Source: Eledone cirrhosa
Lineage: Eukaryota
Direction: 5' to 3'
DNA: 64,000 nt
Assembly: GCA_964016885.1 (NCBI GenBank)
Contig: OZ024747.1
Coordinates: 38,688,001-38,752,000 of the forward strand
Of the stretch, positions 36,480 to 51,544 are shown in pieces. The notes beneath the pieces are model-generated. The model made no database searches. It was not told the DNA's origin and saw nothing but the letters and a program-made list of their open reading frames with translations. How positions within the stretch are numbered: position 1 is the first letter of the stretch; every line of letters starts with the position of its first letter. Both the position numbers and the translations under genes were made by a program.

Positions 36480-38960
36480 AGCAATGCCTGTGCTTTGAAG
36501 GTATTTTTAAGTGGTGAAAAGCATTGTACTCGACCAATCCCACTCTCTGAGCAGCGAAAACACTACCCTAAAAGGAGAACTGGTCAACATCCTACATACA
36601 TACATACATTATTGGTCCCCAAGAACAAAGACACCCACTTGGCAAAAGACTACCCAGCCATTGCATGCCAGAACATGATGTATAAGATCTTTACAGCCTG
36701 CCTGAACCTATTCCTCCAAGATCACTGATAAAATAATAACATCATCACAGATGAACAAGCAGCTGAAAAGAAAGGGGTTTGGCGATGTGCTGAACAACTC
36801 CTGATCAACAAAACTGCGATGTGGGAGGTGTGCCAACTTAGGAGAATTATGGCTACAGTCTGACTGGACTACAGGTAAGTTTTCAATTCTGTTCCCCACT
36901 CTTGGATGATAGAGACCCTCCGAATTGCTAAAGTCCCAGATATTATTGTCAGAGCCATAGAGAAGCTGTCTTCTTCTTGGGCTACTATCCTAAAGTTAAA
37001 GACAGGAGCACTCACATTTCACTGATAAAATAACGTATCGCAGGGGTATATTTGAGGGAGACAGTTTCTCTGTGATATTATTTATCCTGTCATTAAACCC
37101 ATTGTCCTTTCTGCTCAAGAAATGTGAATGATACATCATTGGCTCACAGGGGGACGGAAATACGAACCTAACCCATAATTTATTTGTGGATAATCTGAAA
37201 CTCTATGCCAAGAACATGGATGGGATGAAGAAAACTTTTGACTTGGCTACAACATTCTCAAAGGATATAGGAATGGAGTTTGGCCAAGATGAGTGCTCAT
37301 ATATGACTGTAAAGCGGGGAAAAACAACCCAATCTAGCAACATTGTCATCAATGGCCTAACTTTTTCACCGATATCTGATGAGGACTGCTACATATAACT
37401 TGGGATAGATTAAAATATATACTATAATGGTATCTGTAAGCAGGGAATACTACACCCGATTAAGAAAGATATGGTCATCGGAACTCTCTGCGCAAAACAA
37501 AACAGTGGCTCACAATGTGTTTGATGTGCTTGTCCTAACACCAACGTTTGGAATATTCAATTGGATAATAGACGAAATTCGAGCATTTGATGTGAGAACT
37601 CGAAAAAATTAAACAACAACGGAAATTCCACAACAACAGTGACATAGACTGCCTTTACTTGAAACGTAAGCAGGGAGGCAGAGGCCTAACATCAGTCCAG
37701 ACAGCATTTGAATGTCGCATCATATCCCTCCGACAACATCTACGAACCTAGAAGCGTATGAGCCCGTCTCTCAAGCAAGTCTATCTGCATAAAACAGATA
37801 AGATCATGAGAGTTGGGAAGGAACTGCTCGAGAGATATTCCGTGTGTGATAATCAAAACCTCACACCCAGGGTTGTTGCTAAGCAGTATCGCAGTGAATC
37901 CATGGATGAAAAACTGCATGCCTATCAGCAAAAAATCATGCATGGATATGTTGCCAGGAAGCTCCAGAGGGAGAGTAATATCTATAAAGAAAGTAGTCAA
38001 TCTTGGACCAACAACCGCTATATTGGCTCCCACTTTGAACGATATACATTTGCAATCCAAGAACAGGAAATCAACACAAAATATCTGATTTACAAAAGCG
38101 ATAGGGGTACAGTCAAAGCACCTAGATGTGATAACAAGTGCATACTCTGCAGAATTAGCGTCGAAGATGAGCAGCTGTCCAAAGATGTCATCACGATACT
38201 ATCTACCTATGAGGCATGATGTTGTGGCCAAAACACTGTACAATCCAATCCGTAGAACATATAGCCCCGATAATAAACACATTAAAAGCTACAGCAATGT
38301 GGAAGACATACATATACATAATATAAAAGAGTACTGGTGGAATGTTCCAGTAAAAACCCCAATAAAATGCAGGTATATCAGACCAAATATGATATGGGAC
38401 AGGGAAAAGAAGGCATACACAGTAGTGGGAGTTAGCTGCCCAGCAGATGCCAATATAATATCAAAGATTAGCGAAAAGGAGAATATTAATGCAGAACTAA
38501 TGAGACATCTGCAGATACTCCACCCTGATTATACCTCCAGATTTATGCCTGTGGTTATTGGGGCATTGGGATATGTTAGTAACTGCCTGAATACAAATCT
38601 TGAGAAGCTGGGCTTAACAGGAACAGAAAGAACACCACTAATTAGGAAATTACAAGTACAATCAATTAATGGAACAGTAAAATTATGTAAAACATTGCAA
38701 ACATTTTGCATCTAATAACTGCATATACACATGAACAGATACAAAGCATATATACACACGCACACATACAACTGAGATCATACACATCCAAACATACAAC
38801 TCAGATCATACACATCCAAACATACAATAACATCCATACCTACACATGCATGCATGCATACATAGATATCTACCTGGCTGATGTTGTGTAAATTCAAATA
38901 AGAGATACTTGTAACTATGTTAGAAACCGACTCTCCCTCTATTGGCAACAACAATTTATG
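36480..38960 (+). mobile_element. Old, 5'-truncated RLE-type LINE (R4/Dong-related, different family), heavily decayed
   Basis: Fragments: KDYPAIACQNMMYKIFT, LDYR*VFNSVPH, EGDSFS, FVDNLKLY, GMEFGQDEC, GGRGL, CILC, RHDVV, RPNMIWDREKK..VSCP, PVVIGALG. Boundaries approximate. Confidence 0.85.
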
Positions 38961-40456
38961 AAATTATGAAACCAGAAGAACATATATACATTGCCCGATA
39001 TAGGTCTGTTATTTTTCTTAATTTTTCTTAATTTAATATTTATAGTTAAGGATAACAAACTATATTACTGTAGTTAGTATTTTTTCACCCTAGAAAATTT
39101 GGTCCTTACGATTCAAACACATGTATGTTTATATTAGTGTTCATCTCTCGTTTATTCAATAATATTACATACATATATATGTATATATTAAGGCATTGTG
39201 TATGATTGCGTACATCTGTCTCAATATGTGACTAATAACGAATGCGTTATTAATTAAGATAATATTATTATTTGGATGAATAATCAGGATACCTTCTGAT
39301 ACGGTCAAAATGTTTAATCCGCATTTATATAATATGTCTTATTATAAATTCTATTTTGCTTTCATGAGCGACCTATTACATTGTAGATTGCTGATTTCGT
39401 AAGCTCCTCTATGTCTCTCAATGGAGTTGCTCTCAAGAAACCGCTTTATACAAATGTTTAAGAATTATCTAGGAGCAATATTCGATGTATTATTTACGTC
39501 AACCCTACATCACTAGCTTTGAGAGTAAAGATAAATACCTTTATTCCTATGTTGAAACCGAGATGGAGATTCGATGTGATATATTTTAAAATATACCATA
39601 CCTTAGATAAGTCTTACGAAATGTATGTGTTACTTCTTTCTTCTATTTCATTGACATGTACGAGAGTTCTAACAAGAAATATTTTGAGAGAAACTGCTGC
39701 AGATGTACGATATCTTTCGTTTTTGAGTCAGTAACATTTTGCAAATTCCAATCTTTTTCAATATAGTCGATAAAAGCACTAACTGCATTATATTCAAAAT
39801 GAAGCATAAAGTTCGGAAGCATAAAGTCTTGAACACATTTCTTTCAAAGTAGGATTGAGATATATCTTATATTTTTTAGTTTATTACTATTTTATTTTAA
39901 TGGTTTCCTTCACACTACGGCTATGCTGTAGCACTGCATTGAAATATTTAGGTGGAAAACATCAACTACACTACCTTGTCTGGTAATCCATTGTATATAC
40001 TTCAGAGGAAAGAAGTGGGTGTCATCTGCAAGTAAAGTGAAAATGCTCACGTAACAATTAATTTATGTTCATATTAATACGTAGAATTTTTATTCAGATT
40101 ATAATTTCTGAAGTACCTTCTGCTATCCCGGTATTACATTTGGTCGTAAGAACTAGGGTGCGATGCTAACATAAATTCTACAGTGCTGATAATTACGTAC
40201 GGAAACTGAAATATAGGAATAGGGATAATTTCAATATGAAATAGTATTGATTATACGAGATCTTATATAAAATATTCCAAGTGTGTATTAATGTGTGAAA
40301 TGTTAAATATTAACTAAATAACGTAATTCAATTTAGGATTTTTAAAAGCTTTGACATGTTTAATGACTGCACAAATAGATCAAAGTCCTATTTAATGATG
40401 AAGTAGAAAGTAGACGCAGAATACTGCATATCTTAAAAGAATCAAGATAAAATAAT

Positions 40457-40645
40457 TGTTTCTACTTTTGGCACAAAGCCAGCAATTATCCTAGTATATT
40501 ACTGGTACTTTATCTTATCGACCCCGTAAGGATGAAAGGCAAAGTTAATCTCGACGGGATTTGAACTCAAACCATAAAGGGGCGTAACTCTATGCTGAAA
40601 ATCATGTCGCACGACCTTCTACAGATACTGCCAATCCACCGCCCT
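40457..40645 (-). mobile_element. tRNA-SINE copy with TSD
   Basis: TSD tcaagataaaataat (40442-40456) / tcaaggtaaaataat (40648-40662). Confidence 0.88.
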
Positions 40646-40662
40646 ATTCAAGGTAAAATAAT

Positions 40663-40730
40663 TGTTTCTACTTTTAGCACAAGGCCAGCAATTACCCAGT
40701 TCATTACTGGTACTCTATTTTATCGACCGC
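40663..40730 (-). mobile_element. tRNA-SINE 3' fragment in tandem with the previous copy
   Basis: tgtttctacttttagcacaaggccagcaattacccagttcattactggtac...tatcgacc. Confidence 0.8.
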
Positions 40731-42336
40731 CGAAGATACATTATATACGCAGTTTGCGAATTAGGTCCGTGTTATAAAAATGAAGATAAATTGTAAGACC
40801 ATTTGTACGCAACTCAATGAATATTTCCCCCTCATCAGAAAACTGCAGAGCAATCTTTATAGGAATCGTTAATTCTGTCAAGCAACATTTAGAACTTAAC
40901 TGAAATGATCAGACTATATTTCATAACGTTAATACATTTCGAAATATAACTGGTCAAAGAATAATCAAGAGCATAGCATATATTAGAAGGCTTAAGTTAT
41001 ATTTAATGTCGATATTACTACATACTTTCAGTGAGATGCGGTGTTGTGAAAAGGTATCGGGAATATTTGACGTTAATTGAATTAAGCACCTCCAAACGCT
41101 GTTGCATTATGATGTTACTGACGCTTTACACCGTGGCTTATGCATTTCATTCTCAAACAACTTACAGCATGAAATGAATAACATCAGTTTCATATGAATA
41201 AGAACACAATATTTCCAATAAACGTAAACTTATTTTGAATAACCTAACCTTTTCTATACATTAACAACGAACATCTTTACTAAAACATAGTAGTATTGAA
41301 CATCTTTTCTAAAACATAGTAGTATTTATTTGCATCTTATAAGTTTACAATCTACAGTATTTCTTACGTGTCAATATTTGAAATGTAAAGAAATGTTTTT
41401 ATCATTATATCGGCCGGTTAAAAAAAAACGATGTTTTACATATTACAATTGATGAATGCTAGATGTTTCTTCGGTTGTTATTAGATACAGTATGAATTTT
41501 GTTTATGATATAACACATGATAACGTTTGTATACTTTTACACTAAGTTTGATTATTTATTTAATGAGGTATTTTTGCATACAGATAGTCGCTTGAAATTA
41601 TAAATCAATCTTGCTTGAAATTTATTGATAAGCTCGTTTTTATACAGATTTAGTTGTAAGGCAATCATGTAGGTTGTTTCCACGAGTGAATCTATTATAT
41701 TGTTTAAGAGATTAATCAATAAAGTAAGTCGAAAAAGAATCGTTCTGATTGTAATAGTAAATAAAGAATCCGGATATCATAAAGTTAATTAATACGTTGC
41801 CAGAACAAGATTTATCAATGTCCCTATCAGAATGTAAACACATTGGTTATTAGCTGGTATAGTTTTAGCAACAATGATTATATCGTAAGATATGAATATA
41901 TTTACATTCTTTCGTTTGAGCACTAATAGCGTCTGATGAAAATACGACTGCGAGTGAAACTCCAAAAGATTTATTACATCGGTAGCTATCTCAAAACATT
42001 TACTATTGTTCTCTCGTAGTGCAGCGCTAATCTATATATTTTGACTGATAGGTATACGGATGCCACGTTGAAACTATATCTATTCCGCTAGTGAACAGAT
42101 ATATATTATTTCCTATTATATTATATTACATTTGGAACCTTGATGATGCAACTTATCTCATTTGTCTGATATATCAAAATATGATTGCTTTTCGGGTGAT
42201 AGCATTATAATCAGATTTCCATCGTCGACGTGGTTATGTATGTGGTAGACGTAGAGCTTTTAATAATTCGCCATTGTTGACGGGCTCTGAAAATTTCGAT
42301 TCCCAGTTTGAGCACCCCCCCCTCTCTCTCTCTCTC

Positions 42337-42395
<59 letters not shown>

Positions 42396-43064
42396 TCATT
42401 ATAATCTATATTTCTCTGTCGATATCTTATTCGTAAATCCAACTGACTTTAGTTTAGTATTATCTTCCGGGTGCCCACATCCAGATATTTCATATCGATC
42501 TCATCAACTTCCAACTAGGTAAGTAATCAATTTTGTGGTAGTTTGGCGCATGTGGAACAATGCTTTCAGTTTCCAATGTTTCCGCGCTCTATTCAGATCG
42601 ACTGTTTACATCACAAATAACCGATCTCTGTAGCCGACAGGTTAAACTGGTGAGAATCTTAAATTATCTATAACTTCAAAATTCATAATTACCATATGAT
42701 AACACAATCTAGATGAATCATTGCAATTAAAACATGTTCATAATAGTACATTACAGAAACTAATCCATATTTAACACAGGGTTCGATCAATTTGTGCATG
42801 TTTATAAAGATGTTTCACTGAAACTATTTTGACTAAAACAATTCTAGCATACGTTTGAGATTCCATTCCACTCCGAGATTATATTCCACTCTCTATGATG
42901 CAGGACTTTGCAAACAACCACTCTAGGTATATAACTATCACCGGCGTTCTATCGAGATAATGCGAGCTGAATATCAAATGGGGATTACCAAAACAAACCT
43001 AAGTCACTCGTATTTAGAATTTTTACTGTGAGTACGAACATGTTCTGAGGAAAAGAAAGAGATA

Positions 43065-43600
43065 TGTTCTACTCAGAATAAGCAGTGTCAATGCATGTCG
43101 ACTATGGTCTATCTGGCAGCAAGATCACCAGCTCAACGATAGCAGGTCGGTAGATACGGATATGAAGGTCATCAACCAATTCGGAATTTCTCAGACAAAA
43201 GCCTTCGCGCTCAACATCGGTGGTTACGAAGTGTACACATCTGTGTGTCTTCTTGGATTGGGGGTCGCAGACATTGAGTTGTTTAGGAAAGCTCAGTTCA
43301 CGCGATGCAGAACATGTTTCTAGATCCTGTAGATATGTTGATGTTACTGGGCCTGAGTAGCAGTAAAGTCAATAACTTAAAGGTAGCAGCCGTCTATGCC
43401 CCGAGAGAGGTATGACGACCAAACCTATCCAGGCCTCTAGAGCACTTCCTAAGCCCATCATGCCTTTTAATATCAATGGGAGATTGAAACTGTATCTTGA
43501 ATACACGCTGGGAATGAGGGCGGCTAGCATGGCAGCTGCGTTGTCAAAGCTAATGATAGCCGTTGTTGGACCGGTGTGGCAGAGGTACAGAATGACATTA
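43065..43600 (+). pseudogene. Highly decayed Tx1-like APE endonuclease fragment
   Basis: Remnant translations match the ORF2 N-terminus at 13480: SVNACRLWSIWQQDHQLND vs SINARGLGSSWKQVHLIND; FLDP; AAVYAP; SMGD*NCIL vs LVGDWNGIL. Confidence 0.65.
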
Positions 43601-44700
43601 AAACCGTAATTCGGTCTTTGGTGAAACACCTATGAGGAGGGTGATACGAGATAAATCATATGTGTATGGCTTTTTATTAGCACTTTGTCCAGTTGTTCGG
43701 GATAAGTAGCGGGCTGGATCACAGAAAACGTTACAGAGCTTAAATCGACGGTCAACCGCAATTCTCTTTACTTCAAATGTCGATAGCCTTTCTCTAGGTA
43801 CAAAGTGGAAACGTAAATGTGAAAAGCCAAAAATAGAAATATTCTCTTCTCTCATTGGTTTTGATGGAAAAAATTATAAGAATATTGAACGAAACACTAT
43901 GCATTTCCAAAAGTCACCTTAAAGATATTTCTAAATAATATCGATTTAATTTTTAACTATATACATGTATAATTTCTACGCAATTATATAACACCATCCA
44001 CAAAGCCAACATATCACATATTCGACAAAATCACCACCAGACACATAACTTGGATCATCAGAAATAATGTACACTCAACACAATCACTTCCAAAATCAAT
44101 GAATAAAAGAAATTACAATATACACACATGTACGTATTATAGATTCCTCTGCAGACATGGATGGACAATGGTATTAATAAAGGTTTGGAAATATCTATTG
44201 TACTAGATGATAAATGCATTACTATAGATAACAAGGAAGTTTATAACCAGGCTGATACTGATGGTGATTCTGCTACTGCAGCTGCTGATCACAATAATAA
44301 TCATAATCGTCAACATCATCATCGATGTGGTCTTCATGATGACCACTATCATCATAGTGATGAAAATATTGATTATAAAAGACCAAAAATAGAAATTCCG
44401 TCTTCATTAACATACAGAGGTAAATTACGATCATCAAACTGAATCTAAAATATTACTGCTTGAAAGATTTAGAAAGAGGCAAATGTAAGTTGTTTGCATT
44501 GTCTCCTGCCTCTTGTTACCCTGCAGTAAGATGAATCTAAATGTAATTTCTATTTCACTAATTCTATTTTTAAAACCAATTTGTTAATAAACTAACTATT
44601 GCTGGAGTATATTTTATATACAAACTTCTATCTCTACTTTTCCAAAATACTTATTATTTTAAAACCGCAATGAAAATATTTGGGTGTCATTAATTCAATA

Positions 44701-44885
44701 GGGCGGTGAATTGGCAGTATCGGTAGAGGGTCGGACATGCTTTCTAGCATAGTTACGTCCCCTTACGATCTGAGTTCAAATCCTGCCGAGGTTAACTTTG
44801 CGTTTCATCCTTACGGGGTCGATAAAATAAAGTACCAGTAACGTACTGGGTAATTGCTGGCCTTGTGCCAAAAGTAGGAACAATT
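44701..44885 (+). mobile_element. tRNA-SINE copy with a 12-13 bp TSD
   Basis: Full-length sense copy; TSD attaattcaata at 44689-44700 and 44883-44894. Confidence 0.92.
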
Positions 44886-47064
44886 AATTCAATAGATACG
44901 TAATGTAGCCTAACCTGCTTAACCTTTCATAATTAAAGCAACATATTCTTATTTCCAATATTACTAGTAATCAATGGTCGTAGATGCGATCAACACGATC
45001 TATTGGAATACAATATTGTTTACAGTAATATATACCACCCTCCTAGTTTTGAATTCTGTTTAGTTGCATTCACATTTTGTTGAAATTGAGAGGGGTAGTA
45101 AATATTAAATTGTAGCATATATAGTATTATTAATTTATTTTATATTCATGCGAATATATTACAGATTTGACCTTTAAAGTCAAGCTTCTACTGAATAGAA
45201 CAAATCGATGTTTAAGATAATCAAATTTCTTGGCTCAAATCAGTAGCACGTTAACGTTAATTGTACTATTAGGTTAAAGCTCATCTTTACTTTCCGCGTG
45301 GATTAACATACTTTCATTGAAAAGAAGCTTATGCCTGCATCAGCAAAACTATCAATACAAAGTATATGAAAGTGACACCATGTAAATTCTTTTAATGAGT
45401 CTATGCCTCACGGATAAAAGGAAAAACACTAACCATGCACTGCTCCACCTATTAACAATTAGAAATAGTATGTTACATTAAATGAAGGTACTTATTTCAG
45501 AATAAATATGGACTGATATAATAAGAAGTAAGTTTCGTGGCATTGGAGAACGTGCCGTTGCAGTGAAAATATGTATATCATTGTTTTTTCAGTTTACAGG
45601 CAGTTAAATGAGTCAATGTGTCAATATTATTTACTTCTCTGTCACCAGTCATAATAAGTGGTTCTACCTGACTAATATTAGACAATATACAATATGATGT
45701 TACATCACGATAAAAAATGGAAATATTCGATCCAACGTGGGATGCCTCTACACTTTGATACGAAATTATAGAATTAATAGCGAAAGTCTCCAAAAAATTA
45801 CAACATATTTTCATAAAAAATATATCACTTTGATGAATAGTAGTATTAAAGTATAGATAATGGAGTTAAGATTCAGAAATATGTACGGGGTTTAGTATTT
45901 GCAAAAATACATTTGGCCACCAAATATCCAATACAACAGATTTATGGATTTCTCTATGCCTCAGCTCGAGTTTAAACAATACAATATTGATATTGCATAA
46001 TTGAATTTGATATGGAAATAGGAATTAAAATGTAGTATACTGATGAGGTCGTACGATACTTACACACAGTACTAAATATAACCATATATGGCAAACATCG
46101 GACTTACTGATGACTGCATTATTTGTTGCGGGTACTTCCCAGTGTGTTCATTTAAATAAATTGTCATTAACCTTAATTACGTTACATCACAGGCTTAGTT
46201 TCCAGCAGTCTACATTTTATAGCCCAATACAGTGGTAGCACAAATATATTGTCAAATTGATGTTATCCTTTGACATTTATGTAGTATTTCGTAAAATGTG
46301 TGCATAGTACTTGTTAGTAGTTCCCATCTTCAATTGACAACACATATGTGATCTGGTAATTCTCTCTAGTATAGAGTAATCGAACTACATATTCCAATAT
46401 GTATTTTTCGAGGTGTGATTTGTGTGAAATGTGTGAAATACTCTTTAGAGTGTGTCTCGCTCCCATCAGAGATAATCTCGTTCAAATCATTTGGTAATGT
46501 AAGTATATCAAAACGCGTAATTGATGGTTTCTTCATGTATATAAGAGAGAGGGGGGGGGGGGAGATAAACACAGAAATATTCTTCTTCTTCTTCAGCTGA
46601 TAACTGGATTTTGGCCTGAGCGCGAGATCGCTCTCTGCTTGCTGCGTCATGAACAATACGAAAACAGCGATCAAGGAATAAATCAAGCATGACTAGATGG
46701 CAAGAGACGCTGAATGTTAGTATACTTATACATACCTTTTAATGAGACAGTGTAATTTCTTAAGATAATATAGAATAGCAACAATCTGTTTCATTTGATA
46801 GATGGTTAAAACAGAACGATATTAGCTTGAGCACGAAAGTGAAGGTGTTGAGGAAAGAAGGCATGAGTCCTATAATCATTGTCCTTGAAAGCATAGAATG
46901 TGATAGAGAGAATGTGGTAAAGCGATATGAGCTGAAAGGAGAGGTAAATGGGCTGATAGAGAATGAGAGTGAAGATAAAGATTAGTGAAGAAAGGGAGTA
47001 GTAGAGCGAAAAAGAAATAGAGAAAGAGAATGTCGTTCGAGGGTCATTTTCAAACGACTACCAT

Positions 47065-47152
47065 TATTCTACCTTATGGAGTCGATAAAATAAAGTACCA
47101 GTAATACACTGGAATAATTGCTGGCATTATGCCAAAAGTAGAAACAATTATT
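47065..47152 (+). mobile_element. tRNA-SINE 3' fragment
   Basis: ccttatggagtcgataaaataaagtaccagtaatacactgg...gccaaaagtagaaacaatta. Confidence 0.8.
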
Positions 47153-49344
47153 TATTTTCTCCATAGACTTACTTTTCTGCATAATATTATATTTCAATAA
47201 CTAAATAATTGCCATTATCTCAGATGACACGCTTTTATATTTTACTTTATTCTATTTTTGTTGTATTTTAAATGACATCTATTTAGCATCTCCAATAGAA
47301 TGTAAACACAAACATTGCGCTGTTGTTAATACATATTGTATTTTACAAAGATATTATATAGTGAAAATCGGTATTAATATTTCTATACAAACATAGTTTT
47401 TTGCTATTACATTCCATGGATAACCAATTCACCCAGTAAACTACTATGTGCTAAAAATCTAAGACGCTTAATTATGTTTCATTCACTAGTACTTTCATAA
47501 CATTGTTTAACAAAAGAAATAAACTGTGTATATAAAACCAAAATCAATGTAATTTATTCAAAGATATACATTATACGTAGGTAAGGTAAATTAAGAATCA
47601 ATATTAAAAAAACTTATCTATATCGAGACATGATTATGCATATAATTTATTTTAGTCAGTATAATATTGAATCATATTCACAAGACATAAATATTTAATT
47701 GCAATCTTCCCACTAAAATATTTCAGGGGAGATATTTGGAACCACCAAATGAGGTTTATATTTCAACATTGTCCTTGGAAATAAAGAATGCAGTTATTAA
47801 TAAGAAGATTTGAAATTAAAGCATGCAAACTTTCACAGCTCTAGCATCGCAGCTTCATATTCAGCCTATGAACGTTTCAGCCCACCCTCGTATGTACATT
47901 AGTTCTCACAATATAACAATAATTAAAACGGCAGCGATAAATAATGAATAAGTACATAATAATAACACAGTAAGCCGAACCATACACAGGAACTCTTTTT
48001 TTTAAGATTTTAAAAGCAATAGAAATTATTTTCTTCTCAAACACAAGGAAACGTTCCAAACGTTTTACTTATGAGTAAGGATTCAGAAACATAATGACAA
48101 TTCAATGCCGTCTAATTAACCGTAATGATAATATGGATAGAAAGATGTCATGTTATACCATATATTTACTCTCCAAAAGTATGAGATATAATTTTGAGAG
48201 ATAAGGATAGCAATAAATTTGATTTTGCAGCATGGTTGTCTGAAAATTCTGAGCATTCTGCCCCAGTGTGTATGCTTCAATAATCTCCGATATGTCAGTA
48301 ACATCTTTGAGGTGTGAAAAGATTCATGTATTCATCAATTCATGTATTCATCAATTCATGTTCCCTGAATACCTGTTACCTAGAGACCTTCAACTTGTTC
48401 AAAATATATAATCGATACATCGTATTTAAATCAACAGAAAGAGCTGAAGAATATCGAGTATGAATTACATAAGAACTTTAGTTCTTTACAATATTCAGAT
48501 ATCACAGCTTTTAGCTATGACAAAATCAAGCTGAATAACCCCATAGGATTTCTTACAGTTTTGGAGAATTTTATTTCGTCGCTTTATTGAACTGCATAAT
48601 AGTGATAAATTAGTTTCTTTGTCCATGCAGATATACTCAAAGTTTAAATTCTTGTTTTCGAATATATATACGGATGATCAAATATTCTATTATTTATAGT
48701 AACAAATGTGAAACAAATGTTAGCAACAATTTCTTGGTGAGCAAAAGGTCTTGCAGTATTTGTTCCGACTTTTAATGTGTTCCGTTCAAGTATCGTCAAG
48801 GTAAAATTGAACAGCAGTAAGATATTAATTAACGACGAGATTATGTAACTCAGACGCATGCATTTCGACATATAAAACACACACAGGCACGCACACACAC
48901 ACGCACTGACACACACGCACACACACACACATATCCACACACATAAATATATATATATGTATATATATCGTTTACCTCACAACTCAAATGACCAGAAGTG
49001 TCTATCCCTATCAATAGGTGTTATGAAAACGAGTTAAGTACTCTTGGAGACGGAAATATATCAACGTTTATACAAGTTGTATACTGTACATTGTACAGTA
49101 CACTGTACACGTAGATATAAGTTAGAGCTAAATTATTTCAATCGTAAAAATTACATTCATGCGTTTTCATGCCAACAAGAATATTATATGTTATAATATA
49201 TATCATGAGTTTAAATTGTGAATATCAGAGTATTATGGATGGTTGTGGATGTCTGAATTGCATTTTTTTTTCGTTAATAATTTTATCCTGTATTTGATAT
49301 GATGTCGTGGGTGTTTTATAATGCATTAATTTACATTTTATAAC

Positions 49345-49440
49345 AGATATTTTCATAAAGATATTTTCATAAAGATATTTTCATAAAGATATTTTCATAA
49401 AGTAATTTTCATAAAGATATTCTCGTACAGATATTTTCAC
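49345..49440. repeat. 14-bp minisatellite (agatattttcataa) about x7
   Basis: Directly visible; the last units are degenerate. Confidence 0.9.
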
Positions 49441-49701
49441 GAAACATTAAAAGTAAACATCTCATAAGCAGTTTTTTATGAAAAAAGATAATGACATATT
49501 TCCAAGGAATATCAAGCCCACTAAATCTCTGTTGAGGCTGCCATCCGTAAATATATTTAAATTAGCTTTCATTTTATCACGAATGGTTAAATATTTGAAT
49601 AACAAGTAAAAATATATTTCGATTAATAATGAGATATGTTGATAAGTAGTGGGGCAGTTCTTGTTACACAGATCCACACACTCATATATGTGTGTCTACA
49701 G

Positions 49702-49741
<40 letters not shown>

Positions 49742-49783
49742 ATGTGTGTGTGTGAGTGTGTGGGAGAGAGAGTGTGTGAGTGT

Positions 49784-49856
<73 letters not shown>

Positions 49857-51209
49857 TGTATGTGTGTGTGTGTACGTGTGTGTGAATATGAGGATACAGA
49901 AACAATATGGAGTTAAAGGGAGGTAAAATTAAGTATAGTATAGATGCTGGTGATAAAACCCCTAAACAAAATGAAATAAATGCAATCAAATTATTCATTT
50001 CTTAATCATCGAATACATCGATCGATCGAGTTTCCGAAATCACCATATTGCTTCTTATAATTAAGTTTGCTTTTTTGTAATTTCATTTGAATACAGACAC
50101 TAAAACGATTTGATAAGCCGTCATCGTTCATTATGTTAGAATAATTTCGATGTATTAAACGTAAAACAAAGATATATACTGAAAATGAGATAACTTCCTT
50201 TGTTAACCAAAAAATATTCAGAATATTCTTTCTTTGAATGAAGAATGAAGAAAGTACAATATTTCTCTGAGTTAGTTTCAGCTTACGTAAATGGATAGGG
50301 CTTACACTAGGTCTCATCTTTAACTTCTCCCTCTCTCCCATTGGTTACTGCAACTTACATGTACTACTGTCTCGTGTTTTCCCCTCACTAACGGTATGTT
50401 TTTCTGCTGTTTTTTCCTTCTGTTTATTTTTTCTTCCGTAATAACTATTTCTCGTAGTTATTAACGTACTGTGGTGTGATGTACTGTCTTTAATACGTGG
50501 AAACATCAGCGACCCACAGCAGACAGCCAGCCGAAGAGCAGGAATTGTCCTTAAGATTGTGTTTCTCTTACATTTTCTAAACAATATATATATATATATA
50601 TATATATGAAATTATTATTATTAATATTAATTATTGATACAGATTAGTAGTTAAAGCTAACAATTTCTGCTTTCACCATAAGAGGGATCAACTGAATATG
50701 AAATATATCAATCTGTAATGATAAATGTGTGGTTGTATATATATATACAACCATTATCAAGTCCTATCTAGATTTTGGATTTTATACATATACATTGAAG
50801 AGTAAGACTATAAAATTTGTATTTAAATATACATATCATTTGCTATATATATATGTGTGTGGTGTGTGTGTGTGTATATATATATATGTAAGTGTGTTTA
50901 TGTGTGTGTATATTTGAAAAAGTGAAGAATAACATGGTCAACAGTACAAAAAAGGGGATTTATTTACAGTCTAACAATTGTTTCTCTGATTAAGTTGTCT
51001 AAAAATTGTTGAACACTAGAAGCAGTGCCATGCTATTCATCACCTTTTCAATTTTATTACTCCAAGATAAACTTACATAGGAACACAAGTGAAATTATAA
51101 TCTCGTCATCTACGTAAACCTCTTGAGTCAAACAACGCCGTACGCTAAAACTATCACAAGAAGTATTCACAACCTCAATCTGGATTACATTTAACGATAT
51201 TTTGTTATC

Positions 51210-51258
<49 letters not shown>

Positions 51259-51324
51259 AAAAATAATATAATAGTTTGTTTCTCAGTTGATATCCTCGAA
51301 TATCGTTTACAAATATTATTGAAT

Positions 51325-51445
51325 TTGCAGTATCCGTAGAGGTTTGGGCGCCATTTTTTCTAGCATAGTTACGTCCCTTTACAGTCTGAGTTCAAATCCC
51401 GCCGAAGTTAACTTTGCCTTTCATCCTTACGGGAGCGATAAAGTA
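51325..51445 (+). mobile_element. tRNA-SINE 5' fragment (3'-truncated)
   Basis: tagcatagttacgtcccttt...gagttcaaatcccgccgaagttaactttgcctttcatccttacggg. Confidence 0.8.
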
Positions 51446-51544
51446 AATCTGCACTCCTCTACCCCTAAATTAAATTTCTACTACTACTATTCTACTACTA
51501 CTATTCTATCATCTTGACCTCTAACTAGTTTTCTATTGGTCATC

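Noticed and set aside
41930-41970. ctgatga...gaaa hammerhead-like motifs (also 52688-52730)
   Set aside because: No stem I or stem II pairing could be formed.
44155-44484. Possible plus-strand exon (ctgcag acceptor, gtaagt donor; 93-aa ORF)
   Set aside because: Low-complexity His/Asp/Asn sequence from decayed trinucleotide repeats; no recognisable protein.
46508-46716. Possible exon or signal-peptide ORF
   Set aside because: Splice-like signals occur on both strands, no frame is recognisable, and it may be an old LINE 3' end.
50357-50576. Possible minus-strand exon (open frame, gtaagt donor)
   Set aside because: No recognisable homology and no supporting neighbouring exons; RNA-seq would be needed.
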